Positions 61,640-64,000 of a stretch of DNA of 64,000 nucleotides are shown in pieces (the stretch's first letter is position 1; every line of letters begins with the position of its first letter). The notes beneath the pieces are model-generated. The model was given only the letters and a program-made list of their open reading frames with translations, was not told where the DNA came from and ran no database searches. The stretch comes from Lama glama. Taxonomy: Eukaryota. A program made the position numbers and the translations under genes. The stretch is from the NCBI GenBank assembly GCA_028534125.1, contig CM052816.1, positions 15,626,001 through 15,690,000 of the forward strand, given 5' to 3'.

Positions 61640-63195
61640 AGTCCCTCCTCTGTCTTCATCTCTACTAAATCCTTTCTATCCATTTCTCAACATACTCAAT
61701 TCTCTCCCGTCTTCAATCACCACCCACCTATCTCTCCCCTTTCCCAAACTTCTTGAAAGAACCATCTATACATCTTGCCTCTGTTTCATGACCTCTCCCC
61801 TCTCACACCCCCATGGGCATCTTCTGTGATTCCCCCTCCAGCAGAACTACTGTAAGCGAGCTCCAAGCCCCTAATTCTCATGTGCATCTTTCATTCCCCA
61901 TCTTACTTCATCTCTCAGCACTTTAATACTATTGATTAATCCCGACTTCTTGAACTGTGTTGGTCCCTTGGCTGCCACTATGTCAAACTCTTAGTTTTCC
62001 TCCTTCTCTCTGACCATCCTTCACATTCTCTCTTTTTTAGCTCTCTCCTCCCTACTCAACTTTGAAAATTTTTTTTTATTAAAGTGTTGATTTACAATGT
62101 TAGTTTCACATGTACAGCAAAGCAATTCAGCTATACCTACTCAATTTTTAAATGTGGGATTTCTTCAAGTCTCCATCCTAGGTTCTCTTTATTTCTTCTA
62201 GACGCTCTCTGTATGCAGTTTTCATGGCTTCACTCACTGTGTCTATGAAAATTCTCAAGTCCATGCCTTTAGTTCTTTCATTGGAGACCTTTGAGCTCCC
62301 GATTTATACATTCACCTTCTTATTCATCTTCTGCACTTAGTATCTCACGGCTCTCTTCAACTCAGCATGTTCTAAACTGAACTAATAATGTCACCCCCTT
62401 TCCAGACTTGGTCCTCTGACAGTGCTCCCTAATTTAACCACTTTGGTACTTTCTTCTTTCTTACCCACCCCCCTCTCCCCCCTCATCTTACCACTTTTAT
62501 CTCCTAAGTCTCTCTTGAATTTATCTGTTTTTCCGCTGATACCACCCAGTCAAATGCTGATCTTCTTTAGCCTGTTTCACTGTAGTTTCATTACTGGCCT
62601 TTTCATATTGACTTGTGCCCCTTGGAATTCATTCTCCATATACTGAGCTTTTCACATGCTGCCACCCCTACTCCACTCCAATCTCTTTCATTAGCTTTAA
62701 CTTATGTTAAGACCACATCCCTCTTGTAAGGCCCTGTGTGGTCTCACCTGTGATGACTTCCTCAGTGTCCTCTCTGCCCACCTGGTCCTCACTCAGCATG
62801 TGGGCCACACTGGCCGTGACAAGATTAGATTCCTGCCCCCGGGCATTTGTATGTGCTCTTTTTGGTCTCTCAGATGCCCTTTCTGCTCACTTAGTTCATT
62901 CCTATCTGTTCTTCTGAGCTCAGCTCCGATGTTACTTCCTTCAGGAGGGCTTTTTGAAACCCCAGACCAGGCCAGAGCTGTGTTATATCTGCTCACAGCG
63001 TCACTACCACCCTCTGTCGAATTGTTCATGGTCCTAACTGAAACATTGTTGGATGTCAGATGGCTGTCTCCCTGCTAGACCATAGGCTCTTGAGGGCAGT
63101 GACTGTGTCTGCCATAGTCACAGCTGGACGCCAGTCCGAGCACAATGCCTGGCCCTTAGTTGGCACCAGGATTGTTTACTTGTATGAATGAATGA
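61640..63195 (+). mobile_element. L2 fragment(s) with 3' end; contains a 68-bp L1 tail at 62068-62135
   Basis: CTCAGCATGTTCTAAACTGAACT, CTCTTGAGGGCAGTGACTGTGTC, CACAATGCCTGGC, terminal TGAATGAATGA. Confidence 0.75.
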
Positions 63196-64000
63196 CAGGG
63201 AGGAGGTGGGGTGAGATGAACTTGCAGGGAGGTGTATGCGTGCAATGCTGTCCTCTCAAATTGTCAAATTACAGTAGCTTATAATAGTTTAACTTTTTAA
63301 TAGTTTCCTTTTGATAACAATCACATAGTTAGATTATCTGGTTCAAAATCTTCCTTTGAAACACGAGGAAACTAAGGCCCAGAGAATGAAATCACTTGCC
63401 CAAGGTCATAGAAGGCGTTAGTAGCAGAATTCTCCTTCCTCCTGCCCAGCTTCCAGGTTGGCACCATCTCTCCTGCACCACCCCGTTCCTGCATCTCTTG
63501 CATGGGACCCCCAGCTGCAGGCAGGGCTCTGGAGGCAGGAAGGCCGATTGCTCCCTCCCAGATTTGAGGATGTGGCAGGTAGGGGCAGCCGACCCCGCAA
63601 CGGCAGCATAAGGAGTCATTCCTCACCCCCACCTTCTCCAGTGTTAGAAATGAATGATGGGCTGCAAAGGCATCTGAGCCCATGCCAGCCTCACCCACTG
63701 AGATGTGAGAAAGGAGAACACAAGGGTGTTTGTTGAAGTAACTTGATTTTCCAGTTTCTAGGTTATCAGAATTTGGGGCCTGGAAGCCTGACATTGAATC
63801 TAAAGCCTAAGGGAGCCTTGTTTGCATCTGTTACTTATGGACTCACTGTGCACCCATCTGGAAACACTACCTACGTGGTCTGGCGGTAAGGCCGGCAGGA
63901 AGCCCTTCTGCAGTAAGGTGGCCCTTCCTCCATCACGTTTACCTGACCTCTTCATTCTAGTCATTGAGAATTCCATCCTGAAAGATCAAGAAATGGAAAG

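Larger units (their letters stand above)
38596..64000 (+). other. NRG2: NRG2 intron 1 (5' part; continues beyond the window)
   Basis: Starts GTGAGT after coding exon 1; repeat-rich; no NRG2 exon 2 peptide found. Confidence 0.85.

Noticed and set aside
1..64000. CRISPR arrays, operons, prokaryotic systems, REST/NRSE site
   Set aside because: The sequence is mammalian; no regularly spaced repeat-spacer structure and no convincing RE1 motif were found by eye.

Overview
Mammalian genomic DNA, most likely from a camelid: it carries six copies of a tRNA-derived SINE resembling the camelid vic-1 family, and I saw no Alu, B1 or Bov-A elements. The only intact protein-coding sequence is exon 1 of neuregulin-2 (NRG2; + strand, ATG 37839, donor after 38595) in a CpG island. 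About 37 kb of upstream intergenic DNA precedes it, and about 25 kb of intron 1 follows with no recognisable exon 2. The exon has an expanded AGC/CAG tract (poly-Ser). An out-of-frame ATG 13 nt upstream reads the same tract as poly-Gln and overlaps every in-frame Met of the exon. A full-length processed DNAJC19 (TIM14) pseudogene, absent from the ORF track, lies on the - strand at 15971-16571, inserted with a perfect TSD into a MaLR LTR. The rest is mostly layered transposon fossils (L1, L2, MIR, MaLR/ERVL/ERV1 LTRs, hAT and Tigger MITEs), several of them nested, plus a few strong candidate regulatory motifs (CTCF, RFX, paired octamers). Repeat subfamily names and comparisons with human/mouse come from recalled consensus sequences, not database searches. 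Repeat boundaries are approximate unless a TSD is quoted. I found no clearly new multi-gene system; the best candidate for novel biology is the multi-frame, repeat-containing NRG2 exon 1.
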